Shown here: positions 8,941-19,072 of the stretch, in pieces | How the letters are laid out: every line of letters starts with the position of its first letter | How positions within the stretch are numbered: position 1 is the first letter of the stretch | From: a virus | IMG/VR virus record: IMGVR_UViG_3300028026_000005 | Coordinates: 22,962-86,961 of that record | Direction: 5' to 3' (one strand) | DNA length: 64,000 bases | Program-made: the position numbers and the translations under genes | Notes under the pieces: model-generated | The model's database searches: none | Told to the model about the DNA's origin: nothing | Seen by the model: the letters and a program-made list of their open reading frames with translations, nothing else

Positions 8941-10596
8941 ATGGCTGAGCAAATACTGGATTTATTCCCTGTTGTCTTCCGTGATATCTCACGGGACAAT
9001 AACGTCAAAATAACAGGAACCTTCAGGACTTCTGATAAAAGTGCTGAAGGTCGCCCCTGTTACATTCTTATCAGAAGGCCAAACGAGGTTGATTCTGATG
9101 GGAAGAATCTTTTGACTCAAGGGTTTGGTATTGCTTGGCGCAAGTCTTCGGCGGGTTGTCCAAATCTGTTTGTCGTTGATCAGTCTATTGATATTCCAGA
9201 AATGGTTGTTGACGGAGCTGATATTGCTATGGGTGAAGCGCAGAGGCAATATCTAGCTCACGCTTACAAGGAGATCCTAGTAGATACAGACTATAAGTTT
9301 GAGCTAACGATTAACAACCAAAACGCGGTTCAGCTCCGCATCTGGGAAAGTAGTGCCAGTCGCCCGATAGTTGCTGATTTAACTTACGGCGCCTATCGGG
9401 CACTGACGTCTGGTACCTACTTTGGAATAGGAGTTTTGGGTACAGAAGGTGGAGAATGGCAATTTGACGACTTGACAATATATGGTTTAGGCCCCGAGTA
9501 CGCAACCTACATAGCCTCTTTTGAGACATCGTTTATCCCTGTAACGGCTGATATTATGGTTAGAGGGTATGGTGTTGGCAATAACTCCGGGGCCGAAGGC
9601 TATGGTATCGAATTGCTTATTTTTAATTACACCCAAAACAAGTGGGAATTAATAGGTTCTAACTCGGCAAGCGAGATGTCATCCGTAGGAGATAAGACAA
9701 TAACGCTAAATGACTTCCAGTTTTACGGAGAAAACGCTGATGATTATATGTCACCTAATGGAGCGCAGCGAATCTTCTTGATGGTAAGATCAAGGTACCC
9801 ATCTATTATCAATGACGATGTAACTATACAATCTAAAGTTGGGTTAGACTACGTTGAAATAGCGGGGTATATAGCTTCAGGGTTTCATGCTGGAGGGAAA
9901 GTTGACATATACGTGAGAACAACCAACCGTACAGCAACTTCTCAAACAGTGTTATCAGCTCCAAAAAGAATCAAGTTAGTAAAAGGACAATTCAACCTGC
10001 CTATTGCACGAATAAAAAGGGTAGTCTTGCTTGATGCCAGTTTAAGCGAGATAGGCGAGCTTACTAGTTCGGAATGGACACTAGAGGTTATTGATCAAGA
10101 AACAAGGTTTTCTACTGAAGAGCTGCTAGTTATCGTTATTGACGATGCCTATCTGTATAACCCTATTAAGATTGAATATGAATATTTCGATAGCGTTCAA
10201 GACGTGCAGAACGCGCTTAATGAGGAAATGACATCCGTGACAGGGTTGGCGGAACCTGGAACAGATTTTCTAGCTAAGGAGCTCATTCCCGCCTTTATAG
10301 ACGTTAACGTTGAGTATAGAGGGCCTGATGTTGAGCCTGCAGATGTAAAGGCTTCGATAATTTCGTGGATTAACACTACGCTAACAACAAGCTTTGAGAA
10401 GAGCGACTTGGTGGCTTACATGTATCAACTTGGAGCAGATTACGTTAATTTGGATGAGATGGACGTTGTGGTGTCTGTAACCAAGAAAGATGGCGGAATT
10501 GACACCTTTACTGTTGCTGACGCTGTTACCCTTCAGCGTATAGAGCGATTTATTGCAGATAAAGTAAATGTAACCCGGCTTGCGGAGGAAACATGA
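8941..10596 (+). CDS. Baseplate wedge (J/gp6-like) protein, C-terminal part, preceded by a lectin-like beta-sandwich
   Basis: GFHAGGKVDIYVRT and C-terminal DVNVEY..VKASIISWINT..FEKSDLVAYMYQLGADYV match the baseplate J C-terminal pattern. Confidence 0.65.
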   Translation: MAEQILDLFPVVFRDISRDNNVKITGTFRTSDKSAEGRPCYILIRRPNEVDSDGKNLLTQGFGIAWRKSSAGCPNLFVVDQSIDIPEMVVDGADIAMGEAQRQYLAHAYKEILVDTDYKFELTINNQNAVQLRIWESSASRPIVADLTYGAYRALTSGTYFGIGVLGTEGGEWQFDDLTIYGLGPEYATYIASFETSFIPVTADIMVRGYGVGNNSGAEGYGIELLIFNYTQNKWELIGSNSASEMSSVGDKTITLNDFQFYGENADDYMSPNGAQRIFLMVRSRYPSIINDDVTIQSKVGLDYVEIAGYIASGFHAGGKVDIYVRTTNRTATSQTVLSAPKRIKLVKGQFNLPIARIKRVVLLDASLSEIGELTSSEWTLEVIDQETRFSTEELLVIVIDDAYLYNPIKIEYEYFDSVQDVQNALNEEMTSVTGLAEPGTDFLAKELIPAFIDVNVEYRGPDVEPADVKASIISWINTTLTTSFEKSDLVAYMYQLGADYVNLDEMDVVVSVTKKDGGIDTFTVADAVTLQRIERFIADKVNVTRLAEET

Positions 10597-10901
10597 CAGA
10601 CAGTAATCCAATCTTAACGGCACTGGGTGGCCTTAAGCCTACACTGCTTGAGCAAGAGCCTCCGACACAGCAGCCTGTGCAACCATCGAGCCCAGCTCCA
10701 CAGGTAGCTTTTGGAGCGCCTACCCCCATTCAACCAGCTGCTGCTGGTAACAATCCAGCTGTGAATCAACAGCAAACTGCATTGACTCCACCGTCGTTTG
10801 CTAAGGGAGTAAAAATAACCCCACCTAAAGTTGCGAGTACTTTTATTGACAAACTTGCAATGAAAATAGTGTTAGGCGCCAAAACTAGTAAGGCAGGTTA
10901 G
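10593..10901 (+). CDS. Pro/Gln/Ala-rich hypothetical protein
   Basis: GGAGG RBS; low complexity; ends IDKLAMK. Confidence 0.6.
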   Translation: MTDSNPILTALGGLKPTLLEQEPPTQQPVQPSSPAPQVAFGAPTPIQPAAAGNNPAVNQQQTALTPPSFAKGVKITPPKVASTFIDKLAMKIVLGAKTSKAG

Positions 10902-10905
10902 AACA

Positions 10906-12093
10906 TTGGCTTACGGTAACTATAAATACTTACCAGACGAGGTAGCTAACCTTTGGAAGGTTCTTGCGTCTTATTGGCGTCAAATGTTCAAAGCCTCGGA
11001 CATTGATTTAATGGAGCATGTTTGGTATTCAATGTTTGAGACTAGCAAAACACATCGCTTTAAGTACATAAGGGTGTTGTATAGTAGGGCTCTCGAGTCT
11101 TTTTACAACGCTTTTTACGAGAAGAGGTACTGGGTAAAATTTGAGTTTACTAGCGAAAACCAAATCGATACGGCAGGCAAAGTATTCAAGGTTGATGGCA
11201 GTATCGCTAAATTGGCAGTGTTGCAGAGCAATCTTCTAGATACAAAAGACAAACTTGATGAGGGTTCACAGTTTACCTTTGAGCCTGGAACTTGGGTGCC
11301 AAAAGTTAAAGATAGTTACGAAAGATTTTGGGAAGGAAACTTTAAGGCTTCGAGAGTAACGTTTGCGACAGCGCCAACCTTACCTGTCACATACTGGTCC
11401 CCTGAAGTACAATATAATAGAGCGTTGGCGGCAAAACTATTTGGTATGCTCGTAGATTACGCTAGAGTGCAAAATTGGGGCGGCTCAAAAGGGAAGTTCT
11501 CAGAGCGTCAATATGTGAAGGCAGTTGCTACGTTGATTAGATGCTACTTGGACGGTCCTTGTTTTAAGTCGATTTATTCTGGTCTTAGTGCAATGTTGTA
11601 CTTGCCAACAGCTGATGCTGATGGTGTCATTAGTCAAATAGTAAAGAATGGCAACATTTACACCGTCAAAATCATTGCTGATGACGGTAAGGAGGAATTT
11701 GAGCAGGTGTTACCAGAGGGGTTCGACCCAAGAGTCGCTGTCGGTGATCATGTAGTTACTTTCGAACCTTTGACAAATGCGGTACATATTGGTACTAACA
11801 AAGAGGAAAATTGGAAGCACACAATGTGGCATCTTCGTATTCCGCAAAATAGATTTACTGTGTTTGTACGCATCCGAAATGATGTCCCGTTTTTATCTGA
11901 CACCCTAGAGGATGCGGAGACATTTTTAGACAATATACTGTCTGCCAGTAGAGACTGGAGGATGTTATTTGTCGACAAGCAGAATGATCCGCTTTGCCCT
12001 ATGTGTATAGTTGGCGAGACGGAAATGAATCCCGCAAACATTGCGCCTTACTCGACGATAATTTCGCTCGGTAGGCCTTTGGTATTTAGTTAG
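10906..12093 (+). CDS. Putative baseplate/wedge structural protein
   Basis: 395-aa ORF in the baseplate cluster; N-terminal LASYWRQMFK..DL pattern recalls wedge proteins of large myoviruses. Confidence 0.45.
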   Translation: MAYGNYKYLPDEVANLWKVLASYWRQMFKASDIDLMEHVWYSMFETSKTHRFKYIRVLYSRALESFYNAFYEKRYWVKFEFTSENQIDTAGKVFKVDGSIAKLAVLQSNLLDTKDKLDEGSQFTFEPGTWVPKVKDSYERFWEGNFKASRVTFATAPTLPVTYWSPEVQYNRALAAKLFGMLVDYARVQNWGGSKGKFSERQYVKAVATLIRCYLDGPCFKSIYSGLSAMLYLPTADADGVISQIVKNGNIYTVKIIADDGKEEFEQVLPEGFDPRVAVGDHVVTFEPLTNAVHIGTNKEENWKHTMWHLRIPQNRFTVFVRIRNDVPFLSDTLEDAETFLDNILSASRDWRMLFVDKQNDPLCPMCIVGETEMNPANIAPYSTIISLGRPLVFS

Positions 12094-12101
12094 GAGATTG
12101 C

Positions 12102-12659
12102 ATGGGAACAACAGATTATACTCAACAAAGCACTTGGCTTGATGTTACGCTTGCTAATACAGCGCGAGGGCTAGATACTTCTGGCTCATACTCTGCAAAG
12201 TGGGAAGCCAACGCTCAGCCGACGATAACTATCAGTGAATCAGCTGCACACTACGAAACGTGGTTGTGGGAAATTCAGTTATTGCTTTCGTCTGACTTGG
12301 GATTTGACGTTAATAGGGCATTTGAAGTAGTCCTCACGTCATCAGTAACAGCATATAGTCGCACGATCTTTAGCATAAGCGATACAATGGAATTTATTAA
12401 TAGGGCTGCTTTACGCTTTGAGTCAATGCCCATAAAGCTTGTGCAAAACGCTGAGCCGACGGTTTTATTCAAAACAGTACTAGCTCTTAGGCCTGGACAG
12501 CAAATCTTGCAGGGGGATACTCTTAAAATTATGCACTCGAATAGTGGAACAGAAGAAACCAATAATGCAAATTTAACAGGAACAATGTGGATTAATGTCC
12601 ATACTTCCAGGTATTATGGTGATGACGTCAAACGACATTACCAAGTACCTACACCTTAG
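12102..12659 (+). CDS. Hypothetical virion protein (beta-rich)
   Basis: AGGAG RBS; Thr/Ser-rich; located in the structural cluster. Confidence 0.6.
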   Translation: MGTTDYTQQSTWLDVTLANTARGLDTSGSYSAKWEANAQPTITISESAAHYETWLWEIQLLLSSDLGFDVNRAFEVVLTSSVTAYSRTIFSISDTMEFINRAALRFESMPIKLVQNAEPTVLFKTVLALRPGQQILQGDTLKIMHSNSGTEETNNANLTGTMWINVHTSRYYGDDVKRHYQVPTP

Positions 12660-12661
12660 GA

Positions 12662-14185
12662 GTGGTAATGTTTATAGATACTCTAGCAGAAAAACTTGCG
12701 TTAAAAAAAGTAGCGGGCCCTTTTATGAAGAAAAGGACGCGACGAAAGAGTAAAAAGCCGACGCATAAACCACCTAGCGTAAATCACCCAAGCAAAAAGA
12801 AACCTGCGAATAAAGGGCCTGAAAGTAAGACGCTCGGCAGATTAAGCGACCAAGTGGCTTTACAGGCTGGAATTGATCCTAAGATGCTAGGCTTGCAAGA
12901 CAGATTGATTATAAACAATGCAGTTGTGAAACATTATGATCCAAGTACTCCAGAAAGAAGTTTAGCAAAAGCCACTGTTATTGCAGGTAAAAAATTTCTC
13001 GGAATGCAGCAAGAGATTGAACATGCGGAAAAGATTAAAAAAGCGCTTAGCATAGCCAAAGCGAAAAAGTACGGCATACGGGCTGCTGTTGGCGCTGGGG
13101 TTTTAGGCGCAGGGATACTTGGGGCTAGAGCCGCTCGTGGAGACGGACAGCCTATGGTGGTAATTGCTCCGCCAGAAGAAGAATTAAATAAAAAGGAGAT
13201 AAAGATGGCATCAATCAACGCTAATGATTTTTTAGGTAACCTCGCTCTGCATATGGTGCAGACAAAGCTTGCCAGCAATCAAGCAGAGCAACCAAAAGGC
13301 GTCCAAGCGCTCATAGAAAAACTTGGCTTTGCAGGAAAACCGATAACGCCTAAGGCTAAACCCAAGCCTATTAGTCTTACAAAAGGAACAGTCCCTACCT
13401 CGAATAACGTTCCTTCTGCTGTTCGCCCTGACAAAATTGATATGTCTAAAGCGGTGCCAAAATCAGGCACGAATCCAAAAGTTAAGGTTGGGCCGCTTCT
13501 CTCTGGAAGCACTTTTGGGTATCAGAAAAAGATAGATCTATCTAAGAACAAGACGCCCAACCCGTTGGCTAAGAAAAGCTCACTACTGAAAGGAGCTGGG
13601 CCTCAGCCCAATTTTTTTAACTCTCTCAAGGAAACCTTTAGTCCGTTAGCACAAAACGCGGTACAGTTTTCTAGTAGAGCCGTTGACGCCGCTAGAGCCG
13701 GTGGAGCAGACTTGCTGCGTGGAACAACTAAGTTCTACAACGAAACAGTAGTGCCAACATATAGAACTAGGGTTTCCCCTTTTCTCCAAGAGCTTAATGC
13801 GAGAGGCGCACAAGTAGCCGACAATGTAAAGAACAAACTGCTCGGTATACCGAGAGGTGTTGGAGCCACGCCAACAAATCCTGTTACTCCTGAAGTTGCT
13901 GGTCCGTTCAAAACACCTTGGGATAGCAGACAGGCTCAATCGATCCCTACCGCCTCAGCGGTTAATGTTGTTGGCCCGCAGATACCCAACAGAGGTGGAA
14001 TACTAGGCGGCGTCCAAAATATCGGAAAGAATATGGGCGGCAATGTTGGGCAGTTTGTCGAAAACAAGCCTGGTGCAGCGTTAGCCATAGGTCTTGGGGG
14101 CACTGCTTTAATCGGCGGCGCACTAGCAAGACTTCTTAAGAAGAAGAAAGATAAGGATAAGGAAAAAAAAGAGTTAGGAGTATAG
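12662..14185 (+). CDS. Basic putative internal-head/ejection protein with Gly/Ala hydrophobic segments; internal start at 13205
   Basis: EKLAL, KKVAG, KMASI, KLASN; hydrophobic AAVGAGVLGAGILGA and AALAIGLGGTALIGGALA segments. Confidence 0.7.
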   Translation: MVMFIDTLAEKLALKKVAGPFMKKRTRRKSKKPTHKPPSVNHPSKKKPANKGPESKTLGRLSDQVALQAGIDPKMLGLQDRLIINNAVVKHYDPSTPERSLAKATVIAGKKFLGMQQEIEHAEKIKKALSIAKAKKYGIRAAVGAGVLGAGILGARAARGDGQPMVVIAPPEEELNKKEIKMASINANDFLGNLALHMVQTKLASNQAEQPKGVQALIEKLGFAGKPITPKAKPKPISLTKGTVPTSNNVPSAVRPDKIDMSKAVPKSGTNPKVKVGPLLSGSTFGYQKKIDLSKNKTPNPLAKKSSLLKGAGPQPNFFNSLKETFSPLAQNAVQFSSRAVDAARAGGADLLRGTTKFYNETVVPTYRTRVSPFLQELNARGAQVADNVKNKLLGIPRGVGATPTNPVTPEVAGPFKTPWDSRQAQSIPTASAVNVVGPQIPNRGGILGGVQNIGKNMGGNVGQFVENKPGAALAIGLGGTALIGGALARLLKKKKDKDKEKKELGV

Positions 14186-14187
14186 TC

Positions 14188-14940
14188 ATGTCTTCTAAAG
14201 TTGCATCTGATTTATCTAGAGCTTTTTCTAAGTCGCTCCACATTATAGATATGGCTAAGGTGGCTCAGACCGGTCAGACTAGCTTCACTTTAACTCCAGT
14301 AACCGACCCAATACCGGACTTTAACGTTCAAAACCTTGCAACCCCTAATGTTAATGTTAATGACCCAGTTAAATTGCCTACCGTAAAGCCGCTTAAGATT
14401 AATAAAGATACTACGGATGCCTTCTCAAAAAGAATTAGAGAAAACCAGCAAAATAGTCAGTCTAACACAGTGAAATTGACTGGAACAAAAAAAACAGGAT
14501 CTTCGCTATTAAACAAGCTAGCTGAAACCGTAAAAAATCCCTATGCTCCATTGAGCGCAAAACCATTAAATTATGGCAGTAAGGCAGGCAGGCCTACAAA
14601 CGCTTATGTCGCTGACTCTTTATTGCGCAACCAAGGGTTTTTCTCAAGACAAGCCGGGAATATAGGTAGAGGCGCTGCTGCTGCAGGTGCCGCTGCTCTT
14701 GGAGCCGCTTTGCTGTTCGGGAAAAAGAAAGTAGATACTTTCTACGGCCCACAGAAGGTGAAACGTGGTTTATTGGCTAGGATTTTAGGTGGTGCTGCTC
14801 TTGTAGGTGGAGGACTTGCTGCAGCTAGCGCCCTTAGTAGAGGTTCTAGGTTCGAAACTCAGCGGCATAACATGCTGAATAGCGGAGGCGCCAGGGCGAA
14901 TATTGTGCAAAAGCAAATAAATCCAATGCCAGCTAAGTAG
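14188..14940 (+). CDS. Putative internal-head/ejection protein (K-x-A family)
   Basis: SKVAS, AKVAQ, NKLAE; two Gly/Ala hydrophobic segments. Confidence 0.7.
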   Translation: MSSKVASDLSRAFSKSLHIIDMAKVAQTGQTSFTLTPVTDPIPDFNVQNLATPNVNVNDPVKLPTVKPLKINKDTTDAFSKRIRENQQNSQSNTVKLTGTKKTGSSLLNKLAETVKNPYAPLSAKPLNYGSKAGRPTNAYVADSLLRNQGFFSRQAGNIGRGAAAAGAAALGAALLFGKKKVDTFYGPQKVKRGLLARILGGAALVGGGLAAASALSRGSRFETQRHNMLNSGGARANIVQKQINPMPAK

Positions 14941-14955
14941 TTTAACGGAGGAATA

Positions 14956-17900
14956 ATGGACGAACTTAATCTGCAACGTGGAATGGTTGTTGTTGCGCCC
15001 ACGTTAGAACAGTTACGTAACAATATCAACAACCTGAACGTAGCTCGACACGCCATCCCTTTCGTGAAAAGTTTTGGTGTTATTGTAGGAGAAGAGCGAC
15101 AGGACACTGGTGAAATCCTGTCTGACGAGCTTAAAGTTGTGGAAGGCTCTGGGAATATTGTTATCAAACCCGGATATGCCATCGTTAAAGGTGTCGTCCA
15201 TTTTTACTTCCCAACCAATACACCAGCGGTAGATACTGAGTATGAGTCTACCAAATGCATCCCTGTCATTGAAAATGTTACGGTTAGTTTCCCGTCACAA
15301 GATGTAGAATACAACTTAATTCTAAAGCCAAAGAAAAATTACACTGAGCCACATGCAAAGACATGCAATAACTGTTACAATGGCGAAGACAAACTACGCT
15401 ACGCTGACAGTTACGAGACAGAGATGAGGTTGGCTACTGGTGCCGCCCCTGATATTGGTCTTGGTGAGGTCTGGTTAGCTACGGCAAAGCTCTCCAGTGG
15501 CTCTGGTGTGATTACGGTTGTAGATAAACGACAAGAGAACATTTTCCGCTGGAAAGACACCCTCATCCCGAGATATAGACCAGATGTTCCAATTCAAGCA
15601 GTAATTTACAAGATTGAAAGCAATTTTATCAAGACCTTACACCCCAATGCAACACCGGAAGAAAAAGCTAAATTGGGAGATGATTGTTATATTCAGTTGC
15701 AAATTGGATACGAAGGGCAAGGTACGCGAGATGGCTCTAATACGAAGAAGCTTAATATAACAACGACCATTGATCCTGCGTATGGCATAGATATGTGGTA
15801 CAATCATAAGCTTTACATTAAGCAAGGAAGCAATTGGGTTCCATTTACTATAGCTGGCAACGATGCTTCATCTGTTACATGCACTGAAGATTTGCCTGTT
15901 GGTGGCCCTCATGATATTATCATTTCCCCAGGCGCTGAAATTTACGAATACCTGATTATCCCCAAAGACTCTACTGGGTCTCGAGAGTATAACAAGGCTG
16001 TTAGTTTCAGGCAAATAAAAAATGGAGACGACAATGTACCTACTCCAATACTTTACCTTGCGAAACCTTTTGAACCTAATGTTAAGCACGACATTTTCGT
16101 CAGAGGAATATCTAGGGATGGATACCTAGGCCCATTTTCAGCAGATTACGCGGGAACACCCTCTCACCCATCTATCGATGTGGCTACCCCGACTCTTGAA
16201 GTTGCAGCTGAAGTGGCAATGACTGAGGATAAGGCATATCCAGCAGCTCCAAAGTTGATTAACTCTATTGCTTCATTTGAGTTGTCCCTGGCAGGAGGCT
16301 ATTCATCAGACGAAGAAGGTTTAGCCCCAAAGACTTGTTATATACAATGGGAATGGGGAGAGAAACTTGATGCAACGCGAAATTCGGGAAACGCCAAGCG
16401 GGTCGATTGTGTAAACGTTGGGCAATCTTGGATCGCGAACTGTTGGGTTGGGCAATATCTCTCATATCACGACATTGCCGCTGGCGTATGGAAGAAAACT
16501 AAGGTAACAGCTAACGATGCGACAAGCTCAGGCACTGCAAGTATCTATGTAGAGGAAGATATCCCGGTAGGTACTGTGGACTACGTCGTAGGGCCAGGGG
16601 CTTGGGGATATAAGTTAGTGCAATGGCTCGAAGATGAATCGAACAAGGTAATCGAAGAATCACAGCAAGAAATCTTTATCACGAAAGACAGTAGAGACAA
16701 TACAGACAGCCCTACTCCTCCCAGAACTTTTGTTCAGGGGTTGCTGCCTGGTAAAACGTATAAAGCTAAGGTCAAATCCCTATCTCCCGCCGGAGAGTAC
16801 GAGACTGATTTTTCCGTTGCCAGGACGCAAATCACTCCAAGTATCGCTATCGCTGCGCCTCCTCAGCCAAAAATTATAGGCGTTGAAGAGAAATGTAGCC
16901 GAGATTTTTTGTCGACAGGTATGGTTAGGGAATATACCTATCAAGGTGAAGGGGCTGCCACTAAGCCAGTCTTTGCAACTGGACAAACCAATCTTATGTC
17001 GCACGCAGGAAGCATTGCCCAGGGAGTGTCTCATGCAATCTGGTGGGGAGACAAGGGGCAAGGAGATAAGGACGCCACCAATCCGTACAAGCTGAATGTC
17101 ACTTCAAGCAAATGGGGCGGATGGACGGATGACTGGTGGATTGGGCAAAAACTAGTTATCGGACTTAATGTATTTGATGTTATCGACAGCGGTTCTAACT
17201 GGGTGGAAGTAAACCATTCAGGGAATGAGCTGCCAGCTGGAACAGGTCACCACTATGTTCTGGGGCCAAATGCAGAAGCTTATGAGCTAGAAGAAGAAGT
17301 GCTGGATGCTTCTGATGATATTTTACCAGAATTGCATTCCGGTATTGCTCTATTTCGTAAATTCTCGCCGGTACCGCCTTATAAAACACTTCACTCGCGA
17401 GTGCCGCACGTGAAATACAAGTATAAAGTGCGCAGTGTTCATGCTAACGGGGTAACTAAGAGTGATTATAGTGCTTGGTACGAACAAGTTGCTGGTGTTT
17501 CAATAGCCAGAGTTGAGTGGGATAGCTCTCAAGCCTTAACGCTGGAAATGCAGGAACCTGGTTCCGCCCAAGTATCGATTCCTGAGCCAAGCTCAAATTC
17601 AAATATTGTTGATTCATACGAGCTAATCTACGAGGACGATGGTGTAACAGAAGGGGAAACATCGACTCCAGACTTCTCAAAAGATTCTAGACAAGTTATT
17701 GCTCCAGCAGCTAAACGAAGAATGATAGTCCCAACCAAGCCTTCAAGATTTGTTAAGGTGAAAGTTGCGGCCATAGACTGCTTAGGGCGGAGATCATTCT
17801 CTCATTTGACTTCAGAACGAGCGTCCCTTGGAGCGATGGCCTTAAAGGCTCAAAAGGTTTGGGGACCCATTCAATTTGACCTGACTGGCACCACTGAAGC

Positions 17901-18207
17901 AGATAGGTTTATAGCTCTCGTAGGTTGCATCCGTCAGATTTATACAGTAATTGCTGTTGATGTAACTTTGACGAAAATGACTGGAGATACACAAGCAGGA
18001 ATCCGTGTGTTCCCAGATGGTAGACCTGGCTTCGCTGAATATTTAGATTTTGTCGACACTGATATTGGAAAGAACAAGGTGTTTGAGATAGATCTAACGA
18101 TGTCTGAGCTGTTAACCTTAAGGATAGATGGTTACGACACATCTCATACGCCAGACCTGGCTGGATTTTTGAGTATTACTTATATTGAACCTGAAATACA
18201 AAAGTAA
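14956..18207 (+). CDS. Large tail/baseplate appendage protein with repeated FN3-like modules
   Basis: 1083 aa; GGAGG RBS; three homologous ~200-aa units ending in FN3-like strands (HDIFVRGIS, TYKAKVKSLS, KYKYKVRSVH). Confidence 0.7.
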   Translation: MDELNLQRGMVVVAPTLEQLRNNINNLNVARHAIPFVKSFGVIVGEERQDTGEILSDELKVVEGSGNIVIKPGYAIVKGVVHFYFPTNTPAVDTEYESTKCIPVIENVTVSFPSQDVEYNLILKPKKNYTEPHAKTCNNCYNGEDKLRYADSYETEMRLATGAAPDIGLGEVWLATAKLSSGSGVITVVDKRQENIFRWKDTLIPRYRPDVPIQAVIYKIESNFIKTLHPNATPEEKAKLGDDCYIQLQIGYEGQGTRDGSNTKKLNITTTIDPAYGIDMWYNHKLYIKQGSNWVPFTIAGNDASSVTCTEDLPVGGPHDIIISPGAEIYEYLIIPKDSTGSREYNKAVSFRQIKNGDDNVPTPILYLAKPFEPNVKHDIFVRGISRDGYLGPFSADYAGTPSHPSIDVATPTLEVAAEVAMTEDKAYPAAPKLINSIASFELSLAGGYSSDEEGLAPKTCYIQWEWGEKLDATRNSGNAKRVDCVNVGQSWIANCWVGQYLSYHDIAAGVWKKTKVTANDATSSGTASIYVEEDIPVGTVDYVVGPGAWGYKLVQWLEDESNKVIEESQQEIFITKDSRDNTDSPTPPRTFVQGLLPGKTYKAKVKSLSPAGEYETDFSVARTQITPSIAIAAPPQPKIIGVEEKCSRDFLSTGMVREYTYQGEGAATKPVFATGQTNLMSHAGSIAQGVSHAIWWGDKGQGDKDATNPYKLNVTSSKWGGWTDDWWIGQKLVIGLNVFDVIDSGSNWVEVNHSGNELPAGTGHHYVLGPNAEAYELEEEVLDASDDILPELHSGIALFRKFSPVPPYKTLHSRVPHVKYKYKVRSVHANGVTKSDYSAWYEQVAGVSIARVEWDSSQALTLEMQEPGSAQVSIPEPSSNSNIVDSYELIYEDDGVTEGETSTPDFSKDSRQVIAPAAKRRMIVPTKPSRFVKVKVAAIDCLGRRSFSHLTSERASLGAMALKAQKVWGPIQFDLTGTTEADRFIALVGCIRQIYTVIAVDVTLTKMTGDTQAGIRVFPDGRPGFAEYLDFVDTDIGKNKVFEIDLTMSELLTLRIDGYDTSHTPDLAGFLSITYIEPEIQK

Positions 18208-18211
18208 TGTT

Positions 18212-18232
18212 AAGGCCACCAAGTAGCCTTTT
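18212..18232 (+). promoter_or_regulatory. Degenerate GCCAC-N3-GTGGC family hairpin (AAGGCCAC-CAA-GTAGCCTT-TT)
   Basis: Intergenic, one mismatch from consensus, followed by a T run; may be a weak terminator. Confidence 0.5.
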
Positions 18233-18249
18233 GCATTTAGGAGGCAAAA

Positions 18250-18657
18250 GTGATTTTAATCCCTAGAGTGACGGAAGCTTCTCTATTGTTTGACAACGCT
18301 GGCGTAAATGGTGTTGGCGGTGAAGCATTGAGCAGCGTTGTTCATGTAGGAGATCTTACGGTTATGGGGTTTTACTTTAAGCAAAGCGGCGCCGCCCCTG
18401 AAATAGAACTGTATGTTCGTCCTTATGGAAATCTTAAAGACCGAGGCGAAGTGCCTTTAGCGTCTGACAGTGATTGGGGGGCATGGGAACTTATTGAAAC
18501 CTATTCAGGAGTCAAAACTGTTTGGCAACATTCGCCTGTAGGCATTAGTTATGGAACTTTTCTTCAATTCAAAGCCGTTGGAATAACGGGTAACGGATCA
18601 GATACTGCTGTTACATTACGTTTCCTCGGCCAGCGAATTGGTTACTATATGTACTAG
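18250..18657 (+). CDS. Small beta-sandwich virion protein (paralog 1)
   Basis: GGAGG RBS; aligns by eye with the next ORF (..DSDWGAW..FLQFKAVGITGNGSD). Confidence 0.65.
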   Translation: MILIPRVTEASLLFDNAGVNGVGGEALSSVVHVGDLTVMGFYFKQSGAAPEIELYVRPYGNLKDRGEVPLASDSDWGAWELIETYSGVKTVWQHSPVGISYGTFLQFKAVGITGNGSDTAVTLRFLGQRIGYYMY

Positions 18658-18666
18658 GAGATAAAA

Positions 18667-19062
18667 ATGTATCCACATAAAACAAGTCAATTTGAGATCG
18701 CTGATAACATTTCAGTGAATGGCGTGACCAACGTTTTGGCTTCAAGTTTCGCAATAGACAGGGCGAGACAGATGTCTTTGTTCTACAAATTAACGGGGAG
18801 CTCGCCTAACATTACGATCCAAGTTAGAGCTTACGCAGGTCTTGCTGAAAATTTCGGACAAATACCTGACAATGCAGATAGCAAATGGACGGACTGGGTA
18901 GACGTTGTGACGTCGACTGAAAAAGACAAATGGAAGGTCGTTACCATTGATAGTAGTATTATTCCATTTTCAGCTTTTTTAGGGTTTAGAATTGTTGGCG
19001 TAACAGGCAATAGCAGTGACGCTGAAGTATCAGCTTTGGTGCTAGCTCAACTCTTAAGATGA
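18667..19062 (+). CDS. Small beta-sandwich virion protein (paralog 2)
   Basis: AGGAG RBS; ..DSKWTDW..FLGFRIVGVTGNSSD. Confidence 0.65.
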   Translation: MYPHKTSQFEIADNISVNGVTNVLASSFAIDRARQMSLFYKLTGSSPNITIQVRAYAGLAENFGQIPDNADSKWTDWVDVVTSTEKDKWKVVTIDSSIIPFSAFLGFRIVGVTGNSSDAEVSALVLAQLLR

Positions 19063-19072
19063 GCGAATAGCC

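Noticed and set aside
6530-8958. Micro-homology GAGCAATACT (6530) versus GAGCAAATACT (8947) as a target-site duplication or splice junction for the split baseplate gene
   Set aside because: Only about 10 nt with an indel, AT-rich, and no intron or transposon structure is visible; compatible with chance.
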